64,000 nt of DNA. Origin: an uncultured Gammaproteobacteria bacterium (lineage in GTDB: Bacteria; Patescibacteriota; Microgenomatia; Levybacterales; GWA1-39-11). Under the pieces are notes generated by a model that searched no databases, was not told where the DNA came from, and saw nothing but the letters and a program-made list of their open reading frames with translations. Below, one piece after another: positions 41,527-49,537 of the stretch. Made by a program: the position numbers and the translations under genes. The stretch lies in contig CAZXFJ010000001.1 in the NCBI GenBank assembly GCA_964640435.1, positions 64,542-128,541 on the forward strand, in the 5' to 3' direction. Numbering within the stretch: position 1 is the first letter of the stretch; every line of letters begins with the position of its first letter.

Positions 41527-42083
41527 GTCCTAAAAGGACTCCATTTTTTAGATAGTTTTTCCATTTGTTTTACTGTTGGTTTTTTCTTTAGCTTATAGAC
41601 TTTCATAATTGCATTTTGAAGACCAAGATCTCCATAAGAAAAGATATCAGGGCGTCCTAGAGAGAACATGAGAAACATTTCAGCGGTCCACCGACCAATG
41701 CCTTTAACCTTAACAAGTTCCTCAATAATTACTTCGCTATCAATTTCATTAAATTTATTAAGCTCAAGTTCTCTTTTTGTTACTTTTTCAGATAAATCTT
41801 TAAGATATGAGGTCTTTTGTTTTGAAAGGCCTACTTCTCTTAATTTTTCATCAGAAATTTTTAATAAGTCATTTGGGTTAACAAATTTATTCTTAAATAA
41901 GTTCTCAAATCTACTAAAAATAGTTGCAGCGGCTTTTACCGATAATTGTTGTCCAACGATTGACCGCGTTAGGCGATAAAAAGGATCAGGGTGAACTGCA
42001 AGCTCAAAAGGTAAAATACTAAGGGAGGTTTGGTGAAGAATAGGGTCTGTGATTTTAAAATGCTCGATTGCTTTTTTGTACAC
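41478..42083 (-). CDS. DNA-3-methyladenine glycosylase II (AlkA family)
   Basis: IVGQQLSVKAA, VKGIGRWTAEM, DLG and WSPFRTYA; GTG start. Confidence 0.93.
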   Translation of the reverse strand: MYKKAIEHFKITDPILHQTSLSILPFELAVHPDPFYRLTRSIVGQQLSVKAAATIFSRFENLFKNKFVNPNDLLKISDEKLREVGLSKQKTSYLKDLSEKVTKRELELNKFNEIDSEVIIEELVKVKGIGRWTAEMFLMFSLGRPDIFSYGDLGLQNAIMKVYKLKKKPTVKQMEKLSKKWSPFRTYAAMTLWRSLSNEPK

Positions 42084-42709
42084 TATTTACCAATTATAAC
42101 AACAGCATCATCGCGTCCTGAAGCATCTAGATTTGCGGAAGTTGATCCAACCGTATATTTTCCTGCTAAGTCACTCTTAAGAAGATTTAAATATTTATTC
42201 TGTGATGATTTAATTTGAATGGAAGCATTTGTATAGTCAAAGTTTTCTGCGTTTCCAACTTGAATAACATTCCATCCAAGGCCAGTCAAATAGTCTCCAG
42301 CAGTTTTGGATGCACCTGCTGTGCCACTTCCATTAAGAACATGAATCGCAAGCTTGCTTCTATCAAGCCCTGTTGTTCGATCGATTGTTGTAGATGATGT
42401 TGGTTTGGGACTTGGCGTTGTAGTAACAGTGTCTTTTGGTTCCTCGGTTGGAGTCATTTCTTCGGTTGGTGTTGCTTCTTCAGTTGGGAATAATTCTTCT
42501 GTTGGAGTAGGTGTTAGGTCGCTTGCTGTATCACTGCTTGATCCACTAATAAATTTAAATACTCCGAATACAATAAGGGCTAAAACGATAACGACAAAAA
42601 TGATAATAAATATTTTTTTAGGGGAACGACCTGAGTCTTGTTTATTAAGACGACTGCTTTCAAACTGAGTAGGGGCTTGGAATATTTCTCCTCTTTCCTC
42701 TTCTTCCAT
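42083..42709 (-). CDS. LytR C-terminal domain membrane protein
   Basis: TM helix, Pro/Thr/Glu linker, VLNGSGTAGA...VGNA...DAVVIIGK. Start at 42709, 7 nt after TGtTATTAT. Confidence 0.85.
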   Translation of the reverse strand: MEEEERGEIFQAPTQFESSRLNKQDSGRSPKKIFIIIFVVIVLALIVFGVFKFISGSSSDTASDLTPTPTEELFPTEEATPTEEMTPTEEPKDTVTTTPSPKPTSSTTIDRTTGLDRSKLAIHVLNGSGTAGASKTAGDYLTGLGWNVIQVGNAENFDYTNASIQIKSSQNKYLNLLKSDLAGKYTVGSTSANLDASGRDDAVVIIGK

Positions 42710-42763
42710 AGCCAATATAATAACAGGAAAAAGCAATTTTGCAAGTATTGATTTGCTAAAGTT

Positions 42764-42801
42764 AAATTTTAAATGTAAAGTTGACTTGACATTTAAAATT
42801 T
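42764..42801. promoter_or_regulatory. 38-bp palindromic operator overlapping the -35 of the XRE gene promoter
   Basis: AAATTTTAAATGTAAAG-ttga-CTTGACATTTAAAATTT (16 of 17 arm positions match). It contains TTGACA (42786-91), with TAATGT 17 bp later. Confidence 0.75.
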
Positions 42802-42824
42802 CATCTGATAATGTTTAACCATGT

Positions 42825-43025
42825 ATGGCAGAGGCAGTAAAAAATCGTGTTCAGGAGTATCGATCATTAAAAAAAATTACTCAAGAAGACTTAGCAAAAT
42901 CAGTTGGGGTAGCAAGACAGACAATAATTGCCATTGAGAAAGGAAATTATACTCCATCTGTTTTATTAGCTATTAAGATAGCAAAAGAATTAAAGGTAGA
43001 GCTTAAGGAATTATTTTACATATGA
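42825..43025 (+). CDS. XRE-family HTH transcriptional regulator
   Basis: [36 protein letters not shown]. Confidence 0.93.
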   Translation: MAEAVKNRVQEYRSLKKITQEDLAKSVGVARQTIIAIEKGNYTPSVLLAIKIAKELKVELKELFYI

Positions 43026-43387
43026 AAGAAATACATGCAGGTGAACTACTTATATCAGTAATTTTAATACTTCTTTTAATTTTCTTCTTAAATCCATTTC
43101 ATATCCTAATGCCGGATCCAATGCTTACTCTTATGATTGTTATTCTGCTAGTTTTATTTGGTATTTTTGCAGGTTTTGTTTTTAAAGAGAGCGTTCATGA
43201 TGAGAGAGAAAGTCTACATCGTTTTATTGCCGCTCGTTTTGCTTATCTAGTTGGCACAGGAGTACTTGTTATTGGGATAATTATTCAAAGCCTTTCACAC
43301 AGTGTCGACATTTTTTTAGTTGTAACTTTAATACTAATGATACTGGCAAAGATATTTGGTTTTTTGTATGCAAAGAATAAACATTAA
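43022..43387 (+). CDS. Membrane protein (DUF2178-like) coupled to the XRE regulator
   Basis: Four TM helices with a central DERE motif; ATGA overlap with the regulator. Confidence 0.7.
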   Translation: MKEIHAGELLISVILILLLIFFLNPFHILMPDPMLTLMIVILLVLFGIFAGFVFKESVHDERESLHRFIAARFAYLVGTGVLVIGIIIQSLSHSVDIFLVVTLILMILAKIFGFLYAKNKH

Positions 43388-43402
43388 AGGAGGTGAGACA
43401 AA

Positions 43403-43669
43403 ATGAATAAAACAACAATGTGGATTATAGTTATTGTTGCATTAATTGTAGGATTTGTGGGTGGCTTTTTTATTGCAAATAGCCAAGCTTCTAAATCTAT
43501 GATGATGGTTAAAGAAGATATGCAAAAACAAATCAATGATGCAAAAATGGAAAATGAAAAAATGATGGAGGAGAATAGTGCGGGAGACGATAAGATGATG
43601 CAGGATGATTCAGGTTCCATGGAGCAGAGCGATACAATGATGCAAGATGACAAGATGATGGAGAAATAA
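43403..43669 (+). CDS. Membrane-anchored methionine-rich acidic protein
   Basis: N-terminal TM; 16 Met in 88 aa with KMM/MMQDD repeats; strong SD AAAGGAGGTGA upstream. Confidence 0.8.
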   Translation: MNKTTMWIIVIVALIVGFVGGFFIANSQASKSMMMVKEDMQKQINDAKMENEKMMEENSAGDDKMMQDDSGSMEQSDTMMQDDKMMEK

Positions 43670-43720
43670 TTTCTCTAAAAGCCGGCCGGCTTAATTATCA
43701 TTGTATGTTTTAATATAAAT

Positions 43721-45457
43721 ATGATCACTTTATTAATATTTGCTTTTTTATCAGGACTTGTAACTATAGCTGCGCCATGTATTTGGCCTTTACTTCCGAT
43801 TGTTTTATCAAGTAGTGCTCTTAACGGGGACCATATGCGTCCTTTAGGTCTCACTCTTGGAATAATGACAAGTTTTGGTATTTTGACACTTTCAATTTCC
43901 TATCTTGTTGCCATATTTAAATTTGATGCTAATCTATTAAGAATTTTTTCAGTAGTAATTTTAGTGTTCTTAGGTCTCACACTTTTATTGCCACCACTTT
44001 CAAGAATTGTTGAATCATTTGTCTCACGATTTGCTGGAAAAATAGGTCCTCAAAACGTGCAAGGAGGATTTGTGCCTGGTTTTATAACAGGTCTTGCTTT
44101 AGGTGTAGTATGGACACCATGTGCTGGTCCAATACTTGCAACAATTGCCACACTTTCTGCAACCAAAGCTGTCGGATTGCAAATAGTTTTGGTAACAGCA
44201 GTTTATTTAATCGGCGTTGCAATACCTTTGTTTATATTTTCATATGCTGGTCAAAAATTTATTCAAAAAAGCAGATTTTTTAACAAATATACGGGTATCG
44301 TGCAGAGAGTATTTGGAGCGATAATAATTGCAACAGCTCTACTAATCTTTACTAACTATGACAAGGTTTTATCTGCCAATCTTTTAAATGCATTCCCATC
44401 GTATACAAGTTTTATCAATAATCTTGAAGGAAATAATCAAGTCTCAAAAGAACTAAACAAGATAAAAGGAAGTGAAGATAATTCGCAAAGTAATAATTCC
44501 TCACTGTTTAATGAAAATTATCCAGCACCAGAGCTTACAGGAATCACAAATTGGATTAACACTCCAGATGACAAACCTTTAACACTTAAGGATTTGAAGG
44601 GGAAAGTAGTACTCGTCGATTTTTGGACATATACATGTATTAATTGTATTCGGACATTGCCTCATGTTACTGCTTGGTATGACAAGTATAATAAAGACGG
44701 ATTTGTCACTATTGGGATTCATACACCTGAATTTGAGTTTGAGAAGAGTACAAATAATGTTGAGGCGGCAATAAAGCAATTTAATATTCATTATCCAGTT
44801 GCACAAGATAATAATTACGCTACATGGACCGCATTTCAAAATCAGTATTGGCCTGCAGAGTATTTAATAGATAAAAATGGAAACGTCAGACGTACTCATT
44901 TTGGAGAAGGAGAGTACGAGGAGATGGAGGAGGCAATTAGAATCTTATTGAAAGAAAAGGGAGCATCACTTTCAGCGGGACTTGTCGAAATGCCAGATGA
45001 TACTCCTGCTCAGCGAATTTCTCCTGAGACATATATAGGATCATCTCGTATGGAATATTATTACCCAAATGGAAGAGTTAATAACGGCTCATATACAAAT
45101 TTAAAACTACAACCACAGATTCCTGTAAATTCATTTGATTTTGGAGGTAGCTGGATAGTTAGCGACGAATATTCTCAAACAGGAAATAATGCATCCTTGG
45201 AATATAAATTTTATGCCAATAAAGTTTTCTTAGTATTAAAGCCAGCCAATAGTAATGCTGGAAAAGTTAGAGTTTTTCTTGATGGGAAAGTAGTGAGTAT
45301 TCTAAATAAGGGAAGGGATGTTAATAGTGATGGTTACATTCCAATTACTGAAGACAGATTATATGAATTAATAAACCTTCAAGGAAAATATGGCGAACAT
45401 TTGTTAAGACTCGAATTTAGTAATGGAATTCAAGTCTTTGCATTTACATTCGGATAA
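43721..45457 (+). CDS. dipZ: DipZ-like CcdA-thioredoxin fusion
   Basis: CcdA motifs APCIWP and WTPCAGP; thioredoxin motifs DFWTYTCINC, HTPEF and YWPAEY; C-terminal beta domain. Confidence 0.9.
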   Translation: MITLLIFAFLSGLVTIAAPCIWPLLPIVLSSSALNGDHMRPLGLTLGIMTSFGILTLSISYLVAIFKFDANLLRIFSVVILVFLGLTLLLPPLSRIVESFVSRFAGKIGPQNVQGGFVPGFITGLALGVVWTPCAGPILATIATLSATKAVGLQIVLVTAVYLIGVAIPLFIFSYAGQKFIQKSRFFNKYTGIVQRVFGAIIIATALLIFTNYDKVLSANLLNAFPSYTSFINNLEGNNQVSKELNKIKGSEDNSQSNNSSLFNENYPAPELTGITNWINTPDDKPLTLKDLKGKVVLVDFWTYTCINCIRTLPHVTAWYDKYNKDGFVTIGIHTPEFEFEKSTNNVEAAIKQFNIHYPVAQDNNYATWTAFQNQYWPAEYLIDKNGNVRRTHFGEGEYEEMEEAIRILLKEKGASLSAGLVEMPDDTPAQRISPETYIGSSRMEYYYPNGRVNNGSYTNLKLQPQIPVNSFDFGGSWIVSDEYSQTGNNASLEYKFYANKVFLVLKPANSNAGKVRVFLDGKVVSILNKGRDVNSDGYIPITEDRLYELINLQGKYGEHLLRLEFSNGIQVFAFTFG

Positions 45458-45850
45458 TTAGTCCTCTGTAATCGTTGCGGGAATTTCTTTTCCTTCAGGT
45501 ATAAAACGTATGGAGAGTGAGTTAACACAGTGACGAGTATCCTTTTCGGTTAAATGTTCACCTCTAAAAACATGTCCTAAATGTGCTCCGCAATTTCCGC
45601 ATTCTATCTCAGTTCTTTCTCCATCGGGATCTGGAAGCTCGCGTACTGCATCAGGAAATGTGTCATCAAATGCTGGCCATCCACAATGTGCATCATATTT
45701 TGCCTTTGCAGAAAACAGAGGTAGATTGCAGCGACGACAAATAAAAGTTCCTGGGGCATAAAAGTCATCGTATTCTCCTGTAAATGGAGATTCCGTACCT
45801 TTATCTTCAATTATTCTTTTTTCTTCATCAGTCAACTTATTGTATTCCAT
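45458..45850 (-). CDS. msrB: Peptide-methionine (R)-S-oxide reductase
   Basis: GTESPF, CRRC, CGWPAF, CGNCGAHLGHVF and RHCVNS. Confidence 0.96.
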   Translation of the reverse strand: MEYNKLTDEEKRIIEDKGTESPFTGEYDDFYAPGTFICRRCNLPLFSAKAKYDAHCGWPAFDDTFPDAVRELPDPDGERTEIECGNCGAHLGHVFRGEHLTEKDTRHCVNSLSIRFIPEGKEIPATITED

Positions 45851-45935
45851 AATATATATTATACACCTCTTATTTCTTACAATAATCTCATCATTTTATG
45901 GGTTTATCTATTTATTAAAAGCTTAAAATGTCGAT

Positions 45936-46547
45936 ATGGTGCAAAGTGGGATACTTTTCGATAAGGCTAGAAACAGATCAATAATGCCATTAGGTGGTGA
46001 TCAAGAGCCCAATTGGAGATTGTATGATGACGTACCAATAGCACATCGAGAACCTACGCCTGAACAGAAAAGAATGATTGACGATAGTTATCAAGAAGCA
46101 TTAAAAGAGGTAATAAAAGATCAAGCAAAGCAGAGAGAAAGATTTAATAGTCTAGTAAAGCGCTCAAGTCAGACACTATATAAGATAAAAACTGTTTTTC
46201 CCTATAATTTTTTTCCTACAACAGTATCTATTGATCCACAAAAGGTAACACTGCAAATAAAAAACTTTTTCTCTTCTTCTGAAATTAGAAGTATTCATAT
46301 AAAAAACATCTCACATGTATTTGTAGATACAGGTCCATTCTTTGCTACACTTGTACTAATTGATCAAAGTATTTTGGATGATAATGTTGGAAAAATTCAA
46401 ATTCCATATTTAAAAAAACAGGAAGCACTTAAAGCTCGCAGAATAATTCAAGGACTTATTGTTGCACATAAGGAAGAAATTGATATTACAAAGTTAAGCG
46501 ATGACAACGTTGTCAGAAAACTTGAGGAAATTGGGCGCATGCAGTAG
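45936..46547 (+). CDS. Hypothetical protein (possible bacterial PH-like domain)
   Basis: The ATG lies 6 nt after TAAAAT. The beta-rich core (FPYNFFPTTVSID...GPFFATL) ends in a helix; the fold call is inference. Confidence 0.65.
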   Translation: MVQSGILFDKARNRSIMPLGGDQEPNWRLYDDVPIAHREPTPEQKRMIDDSYQEALKEVIKDQAKQRERFNSLVKRSSQTLYKIKTVFPYNFFPTTVSIDPQKVTLQIKNFFSSSEIRSIHIKNISHVFVDTGPFFATLVLIDQSILDDNVGKIQIPYLKKQEALKARRIIQGLIVAHKEEIDITKLSDDNVVRKLEEIGRMQ

Positions 46548-46564
46548 TGTGTTAAAATAATTTC

Positions 46565-47239
46565 GTGAAATATCCAAAGAAAAAAGTAGCAGTAGCGATC
46601 TTTGCACACCCAGATGACGAAGCATTTGGTCCAGCTGGAACAATTCATAAATTAACTCGTGATTATGACGTTTATCTTCTCTGCGCAACAAAAGGTGAGA
46701 TAGGTGAAACAAGTATTGAAAACAAAAAGCCTCTTCACGAGATTCGTGCTGATGAGCTTCGAAAATCTGCAAAGATATTAGGAGTAAAAAAAGTATATTT
46801 TTTAGGTTTTATAGATGGGACACTTTCAAATAGTCTTTATCATAAATTAGCAGCAGAAATTGAAAAGCATTTGAAAAAATTAATGCCTGAACTTATTTTA
46901 ACTATGAATCCAAATGGAGGTTCAGGGCATATTGATCATATTGTTGTTTCCATGGTTTCGTCATTTGTTTTTGAACGATTATCATTTATTAAAAAGATTA
47001 TGTATACCGCTCAAACAAAAGAGGTAACAGATAAATCTGCAAAATATCCCTACTTTATATATAGACCCCAAGGTTTACCTCGAGAACAAATTGATGAAAT
47101 TGTCGATGTTTCAGATGTTTGGGAGGTAAAGCAGGCTGCTATGAAAACTCACGAGTCACAAAAACATGATTATGATAGAATAAATAAAATGCGGGAGGGC
47201 TTACCTCAAGAAGAGCACTTTTTAGTTAAAAATAGGTAG
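46565..47239 (+). CDS. PIG-L family deacetylase
   Basis: AHPDDE, ATKGE, RADEL, GHIDH and HESQ; GTG start 6 nt after TGtTAAAAT. Confidence 0.93.
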   Translation: MKYPKKKVAVAIFAHPDDEAFGPAGTIHKLTRDYDVYLLCATKGEIGETSIENKKPLHEIRADELRKSAKILGVKKVYFLGFIDGTLSNSLYHKLAAEIEKHLKKLMPELILTMNPNGGSGHIDHIVVSMVSSFVFERLSFIKKIMYTAQTKEVTDKSAKYPYFIYRPQGLPREQIDEIVDVSDVWEVKQAAMKTHESQKHDYDRINKMREGLPQEEHFLVKNR

Positions 47240-47250
47240 CAAATTGCCCC

Positions 47251-47279
47251 TTGACGAGGCACGATAATTTTTGTATTAT
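47251..47279 (+). promoter_or_regulatory. tuf promoter
   Basis: TTGACG (47251-56), 17 bp, TATTAT (47274-79). Confidence 0.75.
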
Positions 47280-47324
47280 ATATCTCACACCCAAGAGGTG
47301 TTTTATTTTTGACAAAAAACAAAT

Positions 47325-48506
47325 ATGGCTGGAAAATTTGACAGAACAAAACCACACGTTAATATAGGAACCATCGGTCACGTCGACCATGGTAAAACTA
47401 CGTTAACAGCTGCTATCACAACAGTTCTTGCTAAAAAAGGACTTGCTGAAGCAAAGAAATACGAAGATATTGATAATGCTCCTGAGGAAAAAGCTCGTGG
47501 AGTCACCATTAACATCTCCCACCAAGAGTACGAAACAGAAAACAGACACTATGCTCACATTGATGCTCCAGGACACGCTGATTATGTTAAAAACATGATC
47601 ACAGGAGCAGCTCAGATGGATGGAGCAATCCTTGTTGTATCTGCTGCAGACGGTCCAATGCCTCAAACACGTGAACACATTCTTCTTGCTCACCAAGTTG
47701 GTGTACCTAAGATCGTTGTCTTCCTTAATAAAGTAGACATGGTTTCAGACCCAGAGCTTATTGACCTTGTTGAAATGGAAGTACGTGAACTTCTTTCAAA
47801 ATACCAATATCCAGGAGATGAGACACCTATCGTTAAGGGTTCAGCTCTTAAAGCAACACAAGGTGATGCAGCAGCGGAAGAACAAATTCTTGAACTTATG
47901 AAGACTGTTGATGAATACGTTCCAACACCAGAACGTGACACAGATAAACCATTCCTTATGCCTGTTGAAGACGTTTTCTCAATTAAAGGTCGTGGAACAG
48001 TTGTAACCGGACGTGTAGAGCGTGGAATGATCAAAGTTAACGACACAGTTGAAATCGTTGGAATTAAACCAACAGTATCAACAGTTATTACAGGAATTGA
48101 AATGTTTAGAAAACAACTTGATGACGCACAAGCTGGAGATAACGCAGGACTATTACTTCGTGGAATTGAAAAAGAGAACGTAGAGCGTGGTCAAGTTATC
48201 GCAAAACCAGGTTCTATTACTCCTCACACAGAATTTGAAGCTGAAATTTACGTTCTTACCAAAGAAGAAGGTGGACGTCACACTCCATTCTTCAAAGGAT
48301 ACCGCCCACAGTTTTACATCAGAACAACTGACGTTACAGGTGAAGTTATCTTGCCAGATGGTGTAGAAATGGTTATGCCAGGAGACAATGCTAAAATGAC
48401 AGCAAAATTAATTGTACCTATTGCTCTTGAAGAAGGAATGAGATTTGCTATTCGTGAAGGTGGAAAGACAGTTGGAGCTGGAGTTATTACTAAGGTTCTT
48501 AAATAG
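47325..48506 (+). CDS. tuf: Elongation factor Tu
   Basis: [28 protein letters not shown] and RFAIREGG. Confidence 0.99.
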   Translation: MAGKFDRTKPHVNIGTIGHVDHGKTTLTAAITTVLAKKGLAEAKKYEDIDNAPEEKARGVTINISHQEYETENRHYAHIDAPGHADYVKNMITGAAQMDGAILVVSAADGPMPQTREHILLAHQVGVPKIVVFLNKVDMVSDPELIDLVEMEVRELLSKYQYPGDETPIVKGSALKATQGDAAAEEQILELMKTVDEYVPTPERDTDKPFLMPVEDVFSIKGRGTVVTGRVERGMIKVNDTVEIVGIKPTVSTVITGIEMFRKQLDDAQAGDNAGLLLRGIEKENVERGQVIAKPGSITPHTEFEAEIYVLTKEEGGRHTPFFKGYRPQFYIRTTDVTGEVILPDGVEMVMPGDNAKMTAKLIVPIALEEGMRFAIREGGKTVGAGVITKVLK

Positions 48507-48551
48507 TTTAAGGGTTTCGCACATTTGAAAAGTTAAGTTCGCACGCTGCAG

Positions 48552-48576
48552 GCCTACTATTTAGTGGGCTTTTTTT
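48552..48576 (+). terminator. Intrinsic terminator between tuf and rpsJ
   Basis: GCCTACT-attt-AGTGGGC followed by T7; TAAAAT (48581-86) then lies 6 nt before the rpsJ ATG. Confidence 0.75.
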
Positions 48577-48592
48577 GTATTAAAATTTAAAT

Positions 48593-48904
48593 ATGGCACA
48601 AAAAGGAAGAATTAGAGTAAAACTTAAGAGTTATGATTCAAGGATCATAGATTCAACGTGTCAACAAATCCTTGATACAGCTATAAGAACCGGTGCAAAA
48701 GTCATCGGTCCTATTCCATTACCTACAAAAAGAAGCGTTTTTGTAGTAAACAAATCTCCTTTTATTGATAAAGATGCTCGTGAGCACTTCCAGCTTAAAA
48801 CTCACAAAAGACTTGTTGATATCATGAATCCAACTGATAAAACAATTGAATCTTTAATTCATTTAGATCTTCCAGCGGGAGTAGATGTAGAGATTAAGAT
48901 GTAA
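48593..48904 (+). CDS. rpsJ: 30S ribosomal protein S10
   Basis: [25 protein letters not shown] and [10 protein letters not shown]. Confidence 0.98.
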   Translation: MAQKGRIRVKLKSYDSRIIDSTCQQILDTAIRTGAKVIGPIPLPTKRSVFVVNKSPFIDKDAREHFQLKTHKRLVDIMNPTDKTIESLIHLDLPAGVDVEIKM

Positions 48905-49322
48905 TAAGCTCTTTTACGAGCGTGTGAGTTTCAATTTTTTTCAATTCTTCAAGCATTTGTTCGCTTATATTGTAATTTTTCATTTCATCAAAGCTGATCC
49001 AAGCAAAATCTGAGTGCTCTTCTGATAATTGTACGTCATAGCTACCTATTACTTCACATAAGAAATCTATTTGAACATAATGAGTGTCGCGACCCGTATT
49101 TTCATACATCCAAACGGCAAGTGGTGAGCCTATTTTAACATCGAGTCCTGCTTCTTCTTTTATCTCGCGAGACGCACCAGATATTGGATCTTCCATGTAT
49201 TCGAGCTTTCCTCCGGGAATTTCCCATGATCCAGGCAAAAATGAGTCATTATCAGATCTTTTCATGAGTAAAAACTTATTATTATGGACAATAAAACCGC
49301 CGGTAACTACCTTTTGATTCAT
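48894..49322 (-). CDS. NUDIX hydrolase
   Basis: Nudix box PGGKLEYMEDPISGASREIKEEAGL, plus SEEH. Confidence 0.93.
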   Translation of the reverse strand: MNQKVVTGGFIVHNNKFLLMKRSDNDSFLPGSWEIPGGKLEYMEDPISGASREIKEEAGLDVKIGSPLAVWMYENTGRDTHYVQIDFLCEVIGSYDVQLSEEHSDFAWISFDEMKNYNISEQMLEELKKIETHTLVKELITS

Positions 49323-49403
49323 AGATAGTTATTATAGCAAATTATTATTAAATCCTTATTTTTCTGAAAAATAAAATTATGTAATATTTGAATATCGGTC
49401 GTG

Positions 49404-49432
49404 TTGCAATTGAGCACGAAATCATATATAAT
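49404..49432 (+). promoter_or_regulatory. rplC-operon promoter
   Basis: TTGCAA (49404-09), 17 bp, TATAAT (49427-32). Confidence 0.8.
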
Positions 49433-49442
49433 CGTATCTTAC

Positions 49443-49478
49443 ATGTCCAAACTATTGATGTATTTCAATAATACATAA
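49443..49478 (+). CDS. Putative leader peptide MSKLLMYFNNT
   Basis: The ATG is 10 nt after the -10 box (same spacing as rpsL and mltG); the stop lies just before the antiterminator strand. Translation is unproven. Confidence 0.4.
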   Translation: MSKLLMYFNNT

Positions 49479-49479
49479 A

Positions 49480-49531
49480 TCGAAGTCAATCCCTGGGGCA
49501 TATATTTAAGCGACTTCGAGTCGCTTTTTTT
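49480..49531 (+). promoter_or_regulatory. Terminator/antiterminator attenuator upstream of rplC
   Basis: Terminator AAGCGACT-tcg-AGTCGCTT plus T run (49508-49531). TCGAAGTC (49480-87) is the exact reverse complement of GACTTCGA (49512-19). Confidence 0.7.
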
Positions 49532-49537
49532 GTGGTT

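Noticed and set aside
43384-43653. 89-aa antisense ORF opposite the Met-rich gene
   Set aside because: It mirrors the ATG/GAT-rich plus-strand gene, which has the SD and TM signal.
48507-48551. Direct repeat TTCGCAC (twice) after tuf, considered as a tRNA remnant or regulatory site
   Set aside because: It is too short, forms no cloverleaf and has only two copies, so it cannot be distinguished from chance.
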